Shown here: positions 36,882-48,356 of the stretch, in pieces
Layout of the letters: each line of letters begins with the position of its first letter
How positions within the stretch are numbered: position 1 is the first letter of the stretch
Source of the DNA: Macrostomum lignano
Taxonomy: Eukaryota
DNA: 64,000 nt
Assembly: GCA_002269645.1 (NCBI GenBank)
Contig: NIVC01000042.1
Span: 310,001 to 374,000, forward strand
Reading direction: 5' to 3'
Notes under the pieces: generated by a model
The model's input: only the letters and a program-made list of their open reading frames with translations
What the model was told of the DNA's origin: nothing
Database searches by the model: none
Translations under genes and position numbers: made by a program

Positions 36882-39473
36882 TCAAGCTGTTCCGCTTAGC
36901 GAAGCCAGCAAGAATCGGCGCACAGACAGGTCGACCCGGGCGCTGAGGGCGCCGCCTCCGTGCGGCCCGGCGCAGCCAAGCAGCGGCGCCTCCCTGGCGC
37001 GCAGGCGGGCAAGCTGAGATCGGTGCGCGGCAGGCCGATCGCTGAGCAGGCCGGGATGGGGCAGCCGGCAGGACACGAGCCGGTAGAGCTGATCGCCAGC
37101 CAGCCGTTTGGAAACGCCAAGCCGGCAGAGGACAGGGCCGGGCAGGAGGTCGGCAGGTCGCTGATAGTAGTACTGATGCTGATGGTGCTGATGCTCCAGC
37201 TGGTGCTGCTGCTGATGTCCAGCGGCGGCCGCCCCGGCAGACCGGAGGACGTTCCAGTCGACGCCGAGGCTTTCAACGATGCCGCGATGAGGCGCCGGCG
37301 GCGGGCCGAGCAGGGAGGCCAGGCGGCACTCCTCCTCGGGCAGGGTGAGCTCCGTGTCGGATACGTCCTCAACATCGTCAAGATCCTGCAGTACCTCAGT
37401 CAGGATGCACGGCTCGGCTAGGCGGGCAGCTTCCGCTGCGGCGGCGGCTTTAGCGGCAGCGGCGGCGGCGGCGCCGACAGCTGCGGGACTCTCGTCGTCA
37501 TTGAGACGCCGCCGGCCGGGCGGAGCGAATGGCATGTTGGCGTACTTGTAGCGGTGGCCGCGCGACTGCGACGGCAGATCGTCCTCCAGGCCGAGTACGA
37601 TGTTAGTGCCGGGCGGTGGCAGCGGCCCGTTGGCTGAGGCAGCCGCAGCCGCTTCAGCTAGTTGAGCTTTCCGCTTGGCACGACGCTCCTTGATTGCCGA
37701 CGGCTGCGGCAGGTTGGCCAGCTTCCGTCTGTACAGTTCGCGGGCCAGTTCGACCTGGTCGACGGCCTGATTAGATTGCTGCTGCGGTTGCTTCTGCTTG
37801 AAGGCCTGCAATTAATCATATTGTGGCCACGCTTTTGCAGGGCTTGTCGTAGTAGGATTCCCATCTATGAGGGCCAGTCCCCAAAGCGGAGAGTCTACAT
37901 GCGTGAAGATGAGACAGTCAGGGCAGCGGTACACCCGGTGTGAGCGTGTGCCCGCGTACGTATCCGCGTGTGCATTGGGAAGGGGATGCATTGGGAAGGG
38001 GATGCATTGGAAAGGGGATGCATTGGGAAGTGGGTGCATTGGGAAGGGGGTGCATTGGAAAGTGGGTGCATTGGGAAGGGGGTGCATTGGAAAGTGGGTG
38101 CATTGGGAAGTGGGTGCATTGGGAAGGGGGTGCATTGGAAAGTGGGTGCATTGGGAAGTGGGTGCATTGGGAAGGGGGTGCATTGGAAAGTGGGTGCATT
38201 GGGAAGGGGGTGCATTGGAAAGTGGGTGCATTGGAAAGTGGGTGCATTGGGAAGGGGTGCATTGGAAAGTGGGTGCATTGGGAAGTGGGTGCATTGGGAA
38301 GGGGGTGCATTGGAAAGTGGGTGCATTGGGAAGGGGGTGCATTGGAAAGTGGGTGCATTGGGAAGGGGGTGCATTGGAAAGTGGGTGCATTGGGAAGGGG
38401 TGCATTGGGAAGTGGGTGCATTGGGAAGGGGGTGCATTGGGAAGTGGGTGCATTGGGAAGGGGGTGCATTGGAAAGTGGGTGCATTGGGAAGGGGGTGCA
38501 TTGGGAAGTGGGTGCATTGGGAAGGGGGTGCATTGGGAAGTGGGTGCATTGGGAAGGGGGTGCATTGGGAAGGGGGTGCATTGGGAAGGGGGTGCATTGG
38601 GAAGGGGGTGCATTGGGAAGGGGATACATTGAGAAGGGATGCATTGGAAGCCATTAACATATCCAATAATTGTAGACCTTTTAGCACACCATAACATAGG
38701 ATGCAAACAATTTGGATTTTCTACTAAGAAGAACTTGTACTTAGATTTGTAGTATGTACACCTATAAATTATACACATGAACTGACCTGCTGGCTAGCAA
38801 CCGGGGATTTCGATCTGGACTTAGCCGATGCCGAGCCAGACGCTGAGGAGGCTGAAGCCGACGATGAAGAGGACCGAGACCGAGCAGAAGAATGCTTGCT
38901 AGCCCGATCCGATTGGGACCGACTGCGCCGCTTATTAAGGCCAACGCTAGCGGCGGCGGCGGCAGAGCCGCGATTCCCGGAGTTACGCTTATCCCGCCGG
39001 CCAATAGAAGACTGTTGCTGCTGCTGCCGTTTAGCAGCCGGCTGCACGCGCTGGCTGGTATTCAAGGCTGTGAATTTCCTGACCCGCTGTTGGGGCTTTT
39101 CCGAACTCCCCTGGTCAACAACATTGTCGGTTGAAGCGTCAATAGACAAAGATCGACGCTGTTGTTTCTTGTCGTCTCTGTCGTTCTCCTTGTCCTTTGG
39201 CTTGTCGCTTGTTGCTTCTTTATCCTCAGAAGCGGCGTCTCTATCCAACTCTTGTTTGGGTCGTTTAGCACTGGTAGGCCCGCCATTATCAGCTGACCGA
39301 GAGCCTAGCCGATCGAATACGCTTGGCCGGCCGTCTTTACTAGCGTCTTTGTTGCCATGTGCCTTCTCCGAGTCTTTGTGCTTGTCAGCTTTCTGCCGAT
39401 CCACTAGCTGGTCCCGATCTTTGTCCCGGCGAGCTGAGGGACTCAACTTGTCCCGTTTCCGATTCTTGTCAGA
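36882..39473 (-). CDS. ZC3H13: ZC3H13/Flacc-like m6A writer-complex subunit (start exon unresolved)
   Basis: Exons 39473-38787 and 37805-36882 (phase 0, GT-AG). GRPSVFDRLG matches the N-terminal RRPSVFERLG motif. C-terminal VDWNVL...LLPGPVLCRLGVSKRLAGDQLYRLV...LLGCAGPHGGGALSARVDLSVRRFL parallels DWSGL...FTPGAVMLRVGISKKLAGSELFAKV...LGPCCKALCFRRDSAIRKQL (human sequence recalled from memory). Confidence 0.75.
37975..38650. repeat. 16-17-bp intronic minisatellite, ~42 copies
   Basis: Unit GTGCATTGG(G/A)AAG(G/T)GGG. Confidence 0.95.
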
Positions 39474-39567
39474 CTGGAATGCATTTGTTAATTCATAAGC
39501 GTTTTAATTTGAAACTGCTCACTTAGGAAGCGTGTCACCCACAATGTCACTCGGACAAAGTTACCTG

Positions 39568-40220
39568 AATGTCACTTGGGAGGAATCTGTTACCCTCAAT
39601 GTCACCCGGGGGAATTCGTCACCCTCAATGTCACCCGGGGGAATCTGTCACCCTCAATGTCACACGGGGGAATCTGTCACCCTCAATGTCACACGGGGGA
39701 ATCTGTAAACCTGGGGAATCTGTCGCCCTCAATGTCACCCGGGGATCTGTAAACCGGGGGAATCTGTCACCCTCTTATGGAATCTGTCACCCTCAATGTC
39801 ACCCAGGGATCTGTAAACCGGGGTAATCTGTCACCCTCAACGTCACCCGGGGGGAATCTATCACCCGCAATGTCACACGGGGGAATCTGTCACCCTCAAC
39901 GTCACTCGGGGTGGAATCTATCACCCACAATTTCACACGGGGGAATCTGTCACCCACAATTTCACACGGGGGAATCTGTCACCCACAATGTCACACGGGG
40001 GAATCTGTCACCCACAATGTCACACGGGGGAATCTGTCACCCACAATGTCACCCGGGGAAATCTGTCACCCACAATGTCACACGGGGGAATCTGTCACCC
40101 ACGATTTCACACGGGGGAATCTGTCACCCACAATGTCACACGGGGGAATCTGTCACCCACAATGTCACACGGAGGAATCTGTCACCCACAATGTCACCCG
40201 GGGAAATCTGTCACCCTCAG
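39568..40220. repeat. 29-bp minisatellite, ~22 copies
   Basis: Unit ATCTGTCACCCACAATGTCACACGGGGGA. Confidence 0.92.
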
Positions 40221-40305
40221 GGTATCCTGGGTATCTGTATAACCGCAAAACATTATAATCTACACTAAATGATATCAACCAGCAAGCTATAAAAGACCGA
40301 CAATC

Positions 40306-40410
40306 TCAGAGTTGGTGGAGTTTGTGTATCATCAGGCGGCAACGCAATGCCTGAAAAGCATTAACAAAATTGCCAAAAATCAACTAGCCTGACAACTAAT
40401 TTGTCATCAT
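40306..40410 (-). ncRNA. Candidate C/D-box snoRNA, family 2, between SPF45 and ZC3H13
   Basis: ATGATGA...GTCAGGCTAG-TTGA...TGATGA...AAACTCCACCAACT-CTGA. Confidence 0.7.
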
Positions 40411-40813
40411 CTCTCGGTCTTATTCTACAAAAACTGTTAGCAAAGAAAAAATAACAAAAAGTACATCAGCGACACGTAAATGACTCATAATTGGAACACA
40501 AATTACTGACACAATTTATTAAACAAATAATAAATGTGGTATAACTTTACATTTGTAATAATATTAACAACAACAATTATTAGAATGGGCTGCATAAATA
40601 GAAGGATAAGAAGCTGAAAAGTTATGAATTTGTTAAGACTTTCTTATTTTAATTTGTCTAAATTTGAAGGCCGGTAGTTCAAAATAGTTGATTCTTGCTA
40701 CCGATGGTAATAAACTAGAGACGAATTTACAAAGCCTTCAAAAAGTATCTGTACACAAACATACGCTAGCAATAGCATTAGTGATGAATAAGCAATCTGA
40801 AAGGCTGATTTAA

Positions 40814-43623
40814 TCACTCGTTCAGTTCAAGCGGCATAGGCTGGCCTTCCAGCTCCAAATCGCGGAATTTTTCCGTATCGTAGAATCTGCAGGTAACTGT
40901 CCGGCCGCCAAAGAATCTACCATTGAGCTCGTTCATAGCTTTAATTGCCGAGTCCATGCGTTCGAATTCGACAAATATTCGTACAGCCTCCTCTGGTGGA
41001 ATATTCGGTCGCTGAAATTCAAATATGGTGACTAAGACTACGGGGCCATACTTCTGGCATTCGTCTTTGATTTCGTCCTCTAGTTCGTCGTCGACTTCGC
41101 CAGGCCCGACCATGTTAGTGAGCATGATCACCTGTGCGAGGGTTAATTGGGGCAGGTGGGGGGGGGGCGCTGCTTCATTTGTGATATTATCAACAGAAAC
41201 GTGTACTTTTAAGTCACAGTAAGTAGACAGATAAGCGATCAGAGTTGGTGGAAAGCATATCAATGAACCGGCTTAAAAATATTGCCCGGATTCAAATAGC
41301 CTGTTAAATGTGTTCCATCATGTCATGTGAGAGGACAAGTTTTACGGGACTTGACACCGGATTAGAAGGAGCAATTAAGAGATTAGCTAGAGAGCGGATT
41401 AGAAGTGGCAATTAGAGAGATTAACTAGAGAGATTAGCGGATTAGAAGTGACAATTAGATAGATTAAGTAGATTAGCGGATTAGAAGTGACAATTAGAGA
41501 GATTATTAACTAGAGAGCGGATTAGAAGTGGCAATTAGAGAGATTAACTACAGAGCGGATTAGAAGTGGCAATTAGAGATTATTAACTAGAGAGCGGATT
41601 AGAAGTGGCAATTAGAGAGATTATTAACTAGAGAGCGGATTAGAAGTGGCAATTAGAGAGAATAACTAGACAGCAAATTAGAATTATTAAAATAGGCAAA
41701 GTTTCTGTGCAAAGTCTCAATGCGCTGCTTCAGCTTTATGATGGAGGAACTCGGGAGAGCAATAGATTAGGACAATAAAATCCAGCAGGCAGTCACTCAC
41801 CAATGAGGGATTCTTATACCGATCCAATTCGCTAACAATTTTGCCGCCCCGTTTGCTAGTTTTCTCAACGGACAGAGCCGAGGCCATGCCCTGGCCTTCG
41901 CGACCGAGACCCTGGCCGTGTCTATAGCCCATTTTGGCCATCATTTTGGCCGCCGCGCTGCTGACATTGTGCTTCTCGGCTAAGCTCTGCTTTCCAAATG
42001 GCGGATACTGGGCAGATGAGGAGGATTGATCAACTGGAGGCAGCTTTGAGTCCTGCTCAACTAGCGAACTTGGCGGCGCTATGTAGGCTCCTCGACCCAT
42101 TTGGCGCTTTTTGTCTTCCTCTTCGTCAGTGTCCGAGCCGGACCGATCAAAACTGCCGTCCGAATCGTGACCAGACTGTCTCTGTGGCTGCTGCTGTTGT
42201 TGTTGTTGCTGCTGCTTTTGCTGCTGCTTTTGCTGCTTCTGCTTGATCTGTTTCTCATTGTCAGCCAATTCTTGCATCTTTCTTTTAGCCCGAATCATGC
42301 CAATAACTTCGTCGTATTCGTTCGGATAAAATGGATTATAATTGTCGTCTGGGCCGAGCGACAGAGTGGGATCGTTGGCTATTGATTTGGCTACGCCGGC
42401 AACCGGTTCGGCTCGTTCCATTCGGCCAGTGCGCTGGTTGAATCTGGGACCAATGCGGTTGCGTGTGTGTGGCCGGGTGCGTTGTACACAAGTGTGTCTT
42501 TGTTTGCGCTTTAGCTCTTTGTGCGAGACTATCTGCTCCATATAACTAGCATTCACTACTAGAAAACTAGGGGCAGCTATTTGAGAACTGGGCGGCTATT
42601 TGAGGACTGGGAACTGCTTTCTGAGGACTGGGCGGCTATTTGAGGACTGGGAACTGCTTTCTGAGGACTGGGCGGCTATTTGAGGACTGGGAACTGCTTT
42701 CTGAGGACTGGGCGGCTATTTGAGGACTGGGGCGGCTATTTGAGGACTAGTGGCGGCTATTTGAGGATTGGAAACTGCTTTCTGAGGACTGGGTGGCTAT
42801 TTGAGGACTGGGGCGGCTATTTGAGGACTGGGAACTGCTTTCTGAGGACTGGGTGGCTATTTGAGGACTGGGTAGCTATTTGAGGACTGGGAACTGCTTT
42901 CTGAGGACTGGGTAGCTATTTGAAGACTGGGAACTGCTTTCTGAGGACTGGGTAGCTATTTGAAGACTGGGCGGCTATTTGAGGACTGGGTGGCTATTTG
43001 AGGACTGGGTGGCTATTTGAGGACTGGGCGGCTATTTGAGGACTGGGTGGCTATTTGAGGACTGGGTGGCTATTTGAGGACTGGGTGGCTATTTGAAGAC
43101 TGGGAACTGCTTTTTGAGGACTGGGTGGCTATTTGAAGACTGGGAACTGCTTTTTGAGGACTGGGTGGCTATTTGAGGACTTGGAACTGCTTTTTGAGGA
43201 CTGGGTGGCTATTTGAAGACTGGGAACTGCTTTTTGAGGACTGGGTGGCTATTTGAGGACTGGGTGGCTATTCGAAGACTGGGAACTGCTTTTTGAGGAC
43301 TTTCTACAATCCCGCAAACATGCCATCCCGAACCTGTACTCTCCGCCGCCAACGCCGGAGCCCAGATTGCCAACAATGACACCATGGCGGGAGTCCCGCT
43401 GCTTGCCGCGCAGATTCAGCACCGGCGCCAGAGTCGGGCCAGATGATGCTGAGCCGCTGCCACCCGACGCAGCCTGCTGTTGTTGCTGCTGTTGTAAACG
43501 TTTCTGCTGTTGCAAAAGCAAAGTCTTCTGCATAGGAAGACTCCAACCGGATGCAGCGCTGCCACCCCCGACGCCGCCGGAATTGGCTCCGGGTGTGACA
43601 TCGAGATCGTCGTATAGCGACAT
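40814..43623 (-). CDS. RBM17: Splicing factor SPF45/RBM17 (G-patch + UHM)
   Basis: Exons 43623-43334, 42443-41801, 41131-40814 with consistent phases. MSLYDDL N-terminus; DNYNPFYPNEY; IAPP; G-patch AAKMMAKMGYRHGQGLGREGQG; UHM VIMLTNMVGPGEVDDELEDE...VRIFVEF...LNGRFFGGR. Confidence 0.95.
41239..41321 (-). ncRNA. Candidate C/D-box snoRNA, family 2, SPF45 intron 2
   Basis: ATGATGG...AACAGGCTAT-TTGA...TGATAT-GCTTTCCACCAACT-CTGA. Confidence 0.68.
41385..41670. repeat. ~38-41-bp intronic minisatellite, ~7 copies
   Basis: Unit GCGGATTAGAAGTGGCAATTAGAGAGATT(ATT)AACTAGAGA. Confidence 0.88.
42578..43300. repeat. 19/21-bp mixed intronic minisatellite
   Basis: Units ATTTGAGGACTGGG(C/T)GGCT and GAGGACTGGGAACTGCTTTCT. 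Confidence 0.92.
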
Positions 43624-43789
43624 TCAGTAGCGAAATCTGCTGAGCAGGAATGTGCGCACGCGTGTTATTAATTTCACTGCCTGATTTTAATGTAAAATTT
43701 CTTATTAGAAATCTGAGATGCTACAAGCGGTAAGAGATGTTGTTTTAACTGTTGTAAGAGGCGCTGTTATGGCGCAATGTCGTGGCAAT

Positions 43790-44600
43790 TAACAGTTATA
43801 ACACTGTTATGGAGCAATGTCGTGGCAATTAACAGTTATAACACTGTTATGGAGCACTGTCATGGAGCACTTATGTGACACTGTTATGGGGCTTTGTTAT
43901 GGGACACTGTTGTGCGACACTGTTATGGGACACTGTTGTGCGACACTGTTATGGGACACTGTTGTGCGACACTGTTATGGGACACTGTTGTGCGACACTG
44001 TTATGGGACACTGTTGTGCGACACTGTTATGGGACACTGTTGTGCGACACTGTTATGGGACACTGTTGTGCGACACTGTTATGGGACACTGTTGTGCGAC
44101 ACTGTTATGGGACACTGTTGTGCGACACTGTTATGGGACACTGTTGTGCGACACTGTTATGGGACACTGTTGTGCGACACTGTTATGGGACACTGTTGTG
44201 CGACACTGTTATGGGACACTGATATGGGACACTGTTATGGGGCTTTGTTATGTGACACTGTTATGGGGCTTTGTTATGTGACACTGTTATGGGACACTGT
44301 TGTGCGACACTGTTATGGGACACTGTTGTGCGACACTTATGTGACACTGTTATGGGACACTGTTGTGCGACACTGTTATGGGACACTGTTATGGGACACT
44401 GTTATGGGGCTTTGTTATGTGACACTGTTATGGGGCACTGTTGTGCGACACTGTTATGGGACACTGTTGTGCGACACTGTTATGGGACACTGTTATGCGA
44501 CACTTATGTGACAGTTATGGGACACTGTTATGGGACACTGTTTGTTTTGGGACACTGTTATGCGACACTGTTATGGGACACTGTTATGGGACACTGTTAA
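43790..44600. repeat. 26-bp (2x13) minisatellite, ~30 copies
   Basis: Unit GGGACACTGTTGTGCGACACTGTTAT. Confidence 0.93.
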
Positions 44601-44991
44601 GGGGCACTTTTATATGGGATGCTATTTGCTATATGTTACGGGACGCTACTTTAATACTGTAAATAGGTATAGTAACTATCTCTATGTGTTAAATTGAGGG
44701 CCTATTATGGTGCAGTTTCAGAGGATAAATTCAGAGGATAAAAATGCGTACGCATAAAAATGAAAGAAAGAAGACAAGAATACAATAACAATAATTATCC
44801 AAGATCGACGAAACGCACACTTTAAGCTAAATTTGTTTTGATTTATTTTTTTCAATTTCAAAACAAATTTAACCAAATCGATCTACTGCTGCTGCTGCTG
44901 CAATTTTCAGTCCTTCAATTTTTATTATTACTCATTTTAACCCTATTTAACCCTATTTATTTATGAAGCGGCCACAGAGTTAGTCAAGCCT

Positions 44992-45324
44992 TTAGTTCAA
45001 TTCGCGGATGATGTCGGAATCTCCGGGATCCAGAATGGCCATAGTGCAGATCTTGAAGTGCTTACCGCAGGCCGTGCCCAATTCAATGTTGGAGCCAGTA
45101 TAGTGATGGACACCGGCCTTGGCCAGCATGGAGTAGTACTCAATAAGGCTCTTACGCAGCGCTGGGGTGTTATTGGCCAAGATTACCAGCTTAGCCTTGC
45201 CCTGGCGCAGGCATTTGATGGTCTGATTGAGACCGAGCACAACTTTGCCGCTCTTCATCACCAAAGCCAATCGGGCGTTGATGTTCTCCTGCGCCTTCTT
45301 GCTGGCTCTTTTGGCTGCGCTCAT
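44992..45324 (-). CDS. RPL30: 60S ribosomal protein eL30
   Basis: [17 protein letters not shown]...[27 protein letters not shown]...[16 protein letters not shown]...[10 protein letters not shown]; single coding exon, 110 aa. Confidence 0.98.
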   Translation of the reverse strand: MSAAKRASKKAQENINARLALVMKSGKVVLGLNQTIKCLRQGKAKLVILANNTPALRKSLIEYYSMLAKAGVHHYTGSNIELGTACGKHFKICTMAILDPGDSDIIRELN

Positions 45325-45624
45325 TTTATTTTAGAGGGTGCTTGCGATTCGCATGCATTTAACAATTAATTACTGTGCGTATAAGCCAACTGTGCTACTA
45401 GCAGTAGACTACTGAAGCTTTTTACAAACATTTTTAAAGAAACTGTTAAAAGTTACTTTTACTTAGTAGAGTTACAATAAGGTATAAAACTATTTAACCA
45501 GATATATAAAACTTTTTACTATTTAATTGGGAGCTTCAGGATAAATAGTAGTAGTAGTAGTAAAATAGTAGTAGCATTACCTTAATAATTTCTATTCACC
45601 ATAATAATAGAAATTATAATAATT

Positions 45625-45932
45625 GACTACACCTGCCCCGATTGCACCAGATGTGCAAGCAGTGCAACCCACAGCTCAGCCGCAGCTATTGCGCGAAGGC
45701 TGCGTACGGCTGTTCAGTCCAAGGACTGGGGGGGGGGGGTCGCCACACACCCTCAATTATCCTAGCTAATGCTGGCACCCATTTTACAGCTGGGTGAACT
45801 GAAGCAATGCAGAGTTAAGTGATTTACTCAAGTGACTTGCTTAAGGACACAAGTTGTTCCAGTGGGATCGGGAATCGAACCCGCGACCTTCTACTCGCGA
45901 TTCTGATGCTCTAACCACTAGGCTACAACCCC
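45625..45932 (-). mobile_element. tRNA-derived CORE-SINE
   Basis: Head GGGGTTGTAGCCTAGTGGTTAGAGC (A box)...GGGTTCGATTCCC (B box), then TGTGTCCTTAAGCAAGTCACTT...CTTCAGTTCACCCAGCTGTAAAATGGG matching the CORE domain; AT-rich tail. Confidence 0.85.
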
Positions 45933-46595
45933 AAGTACTAGGCTACAACCCCAAGTACTAGGCTACAACCCCAAGTACTAGGCTACAACCCCAAGTACTA
46001 GGCTACAACCCCAAGTACTAGGCTACAACCCCAAGTACTAGGCTACAACCCCAAGTACTAGGCTACAACCCCAAGTACTAGGCTACAACCCCAAGTACTA
46101 GGCTACAACCCCAAGTACTAGGCTACAACCTTTAGTACTAGGCTACAATCCCAAGTACTAGGCTACAATCCCAAGTACTAGGCTACAACCCCAAGTACTA
46201 GGCTACAACCCCAAGTACTAGGCTACAATCCCAAGTACTAGGCTACAACCCCAAGTACTAGGCTACAACCCCAAGTACTAGGCTACAACCCCAAGTACTA
46301 GGCTACAACCCCAAGTACTAGGCTACAACCCCAAGTACTAGGCTACAACCCCAAGTACTAGGCTACCACCCCAAGTACTAGGCTACAACCCCAAGTACTA
46401 GGCTACAACCCCAAGTACTAGGCTACAATCCCAAGTACTAGGCTACAATCCCAAGTACTAGGCTACAACCCCAAGTACTAGGCTACAACCCCAAGTACTA
46501 GGCTACCACCCCAAGTACTAGGCTACAACCCCAAGTACTAGGCTACAACCCCAAGTACTAGGCTACAACCTTTATTACTAGGCTACAACCCCTAC
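45917..46595. repeat. 20-bp minisatellite, ~33 copies, continuous with the SINE 5' end
   Basis: Unit TACTAGGCTACAACCCCAAG. Confidence 0.95.
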
Positions 46596-48356
46596 AATCA
46601 CTATATAAGTTTTTTTCCTTCAAGAATTGAACTACATACTTACATGTCTATAAAAGCATAGGAAAGAAAATTAAGTCCAAGTCAATGCCCCTATTAGAAA
46701 GGAAAAGTGTATAGTTATAAGAGCGGTAATTTTGCCGGGCACAGTGTAGTTCTCATAATGCGCACGCATACAAAACAAGTGGCTTTAACCGAACAACATT
46801 ACGGCAGGCGAGTGTGTCGCATTCTGATAAACATACATTCATATCAGATATAATAGTACGCAGCTAATTATAAATAGTGAACAGGGTCAAACAGATCTCA
46901 ACATTTGCTATTACATATTATTAAATAAAGAAGTAAATAATTAAGTAATATGCAACTGACAGAAGGCGGCGGAAGGGAAGAGAGGAGTGGACACGGGTGG
47001 CATTTCAGCTAACACAAACGCAATTCTAAAGCTGCTGAGGGCGGCGGCGGGGGTTGACAAAGCAATAACGGGCACACCAAGACGAACCCGGAGAGGCTTG
47101 GCAATCGATTTTTTCAAATTTACTTTAGAGAAGCAGACAAAAGAAATGGTGTTATTTAATTTTAAAGACAATCCGCAGATTAGGAGCCAGTTAAATATTC
47201 TATAAAAAAGACCAACTGAAACTAGCATGCACACACGGTTCAGAAACTGAGAAAAAAGACAAACAAATTAAAACAAATTGGAGTCTCAATAACTATTCAA
47301 CAGCGAAGTAGAGACCCGAGCGTAAAGCAGAGTATACTACTCACAACTTATTAGTGCCCCAGTAGTAGTAGCAGTAGTACATGATAAACGAAAAACAGTT
47401 GGCAAAAATTAATCGAAAATAGCGTGTAGGGAGGAGTCAGTATTGAAATTGGAACCAGCACAGCAACGATTTTGAGTAAATTCTCAGCGTGCTCACGATA
47501 ATTATTATCAATATGCTGAACCATAGTTCAACTACAGGGAGAATAGTTAAGAAGCGGTATAGTTTAAAACGAAAAAATACCAATGGCAAAGAATTCCCCA
47601 CATAGCAAATCAAACAGGGCCGAACATGGAATTCATCATAATCCAATTACATATTTTTATCATTAATTTAAGCTAAAAAAGCAACAAAGAAGACAGATGA
47701 AAACAATTAAGATTTGCTGTCATACTACTGACGGGCAATAGATACTACTGAGCTACAACTGAACAGATAAGGGGGATAATTCTACAAAAGCGATAAGGTA
47801 ATATAATAGTGACACGCGCAAAAAAGCCCCACTCGCAAGCGGTTAGAGAGTAATTTAACTTGATTGAAAGCGGATTGAACTGGATAATGAATGACGGCGT
47901 AGAGATAAAAAGGATCGGAGTGAGTGAACGCCTATTTCTTTTTAAATTAGTTGGAAATGTTTTCTGATGACAGATATTTTGCAGTTCCGTTAATTAGGAT
48001 GCATCTAAGGTAAGAATAACGCAACAGTTTTGAAGGTAGATTTTAATCAGCTATATAAATTGATTAGCAGGATGTTTTAAAAGTTATACTGAATGCTTCA
48101 TCGTGTTCCTTATGTAATAAATATATTTAATCTATACTACTGTTGTGGGTGAAAATGATAAGTAGGCAAATAGAATTTCTTAGAAAAGTCAGGATTTGAA
48201 ATATTTTTAGTTAAAAAATTATTAACAAAATTCATCACTTGCCTACTTAGATCACCGAAAAAGTAGGCTATATCGAAGATATTTTAATTTAGACGAACTT
48301 AAAAAAATCACCATTCTTTTCTAGCTCAAAGTTGCACTGCTCATTATCGTGCGTCA

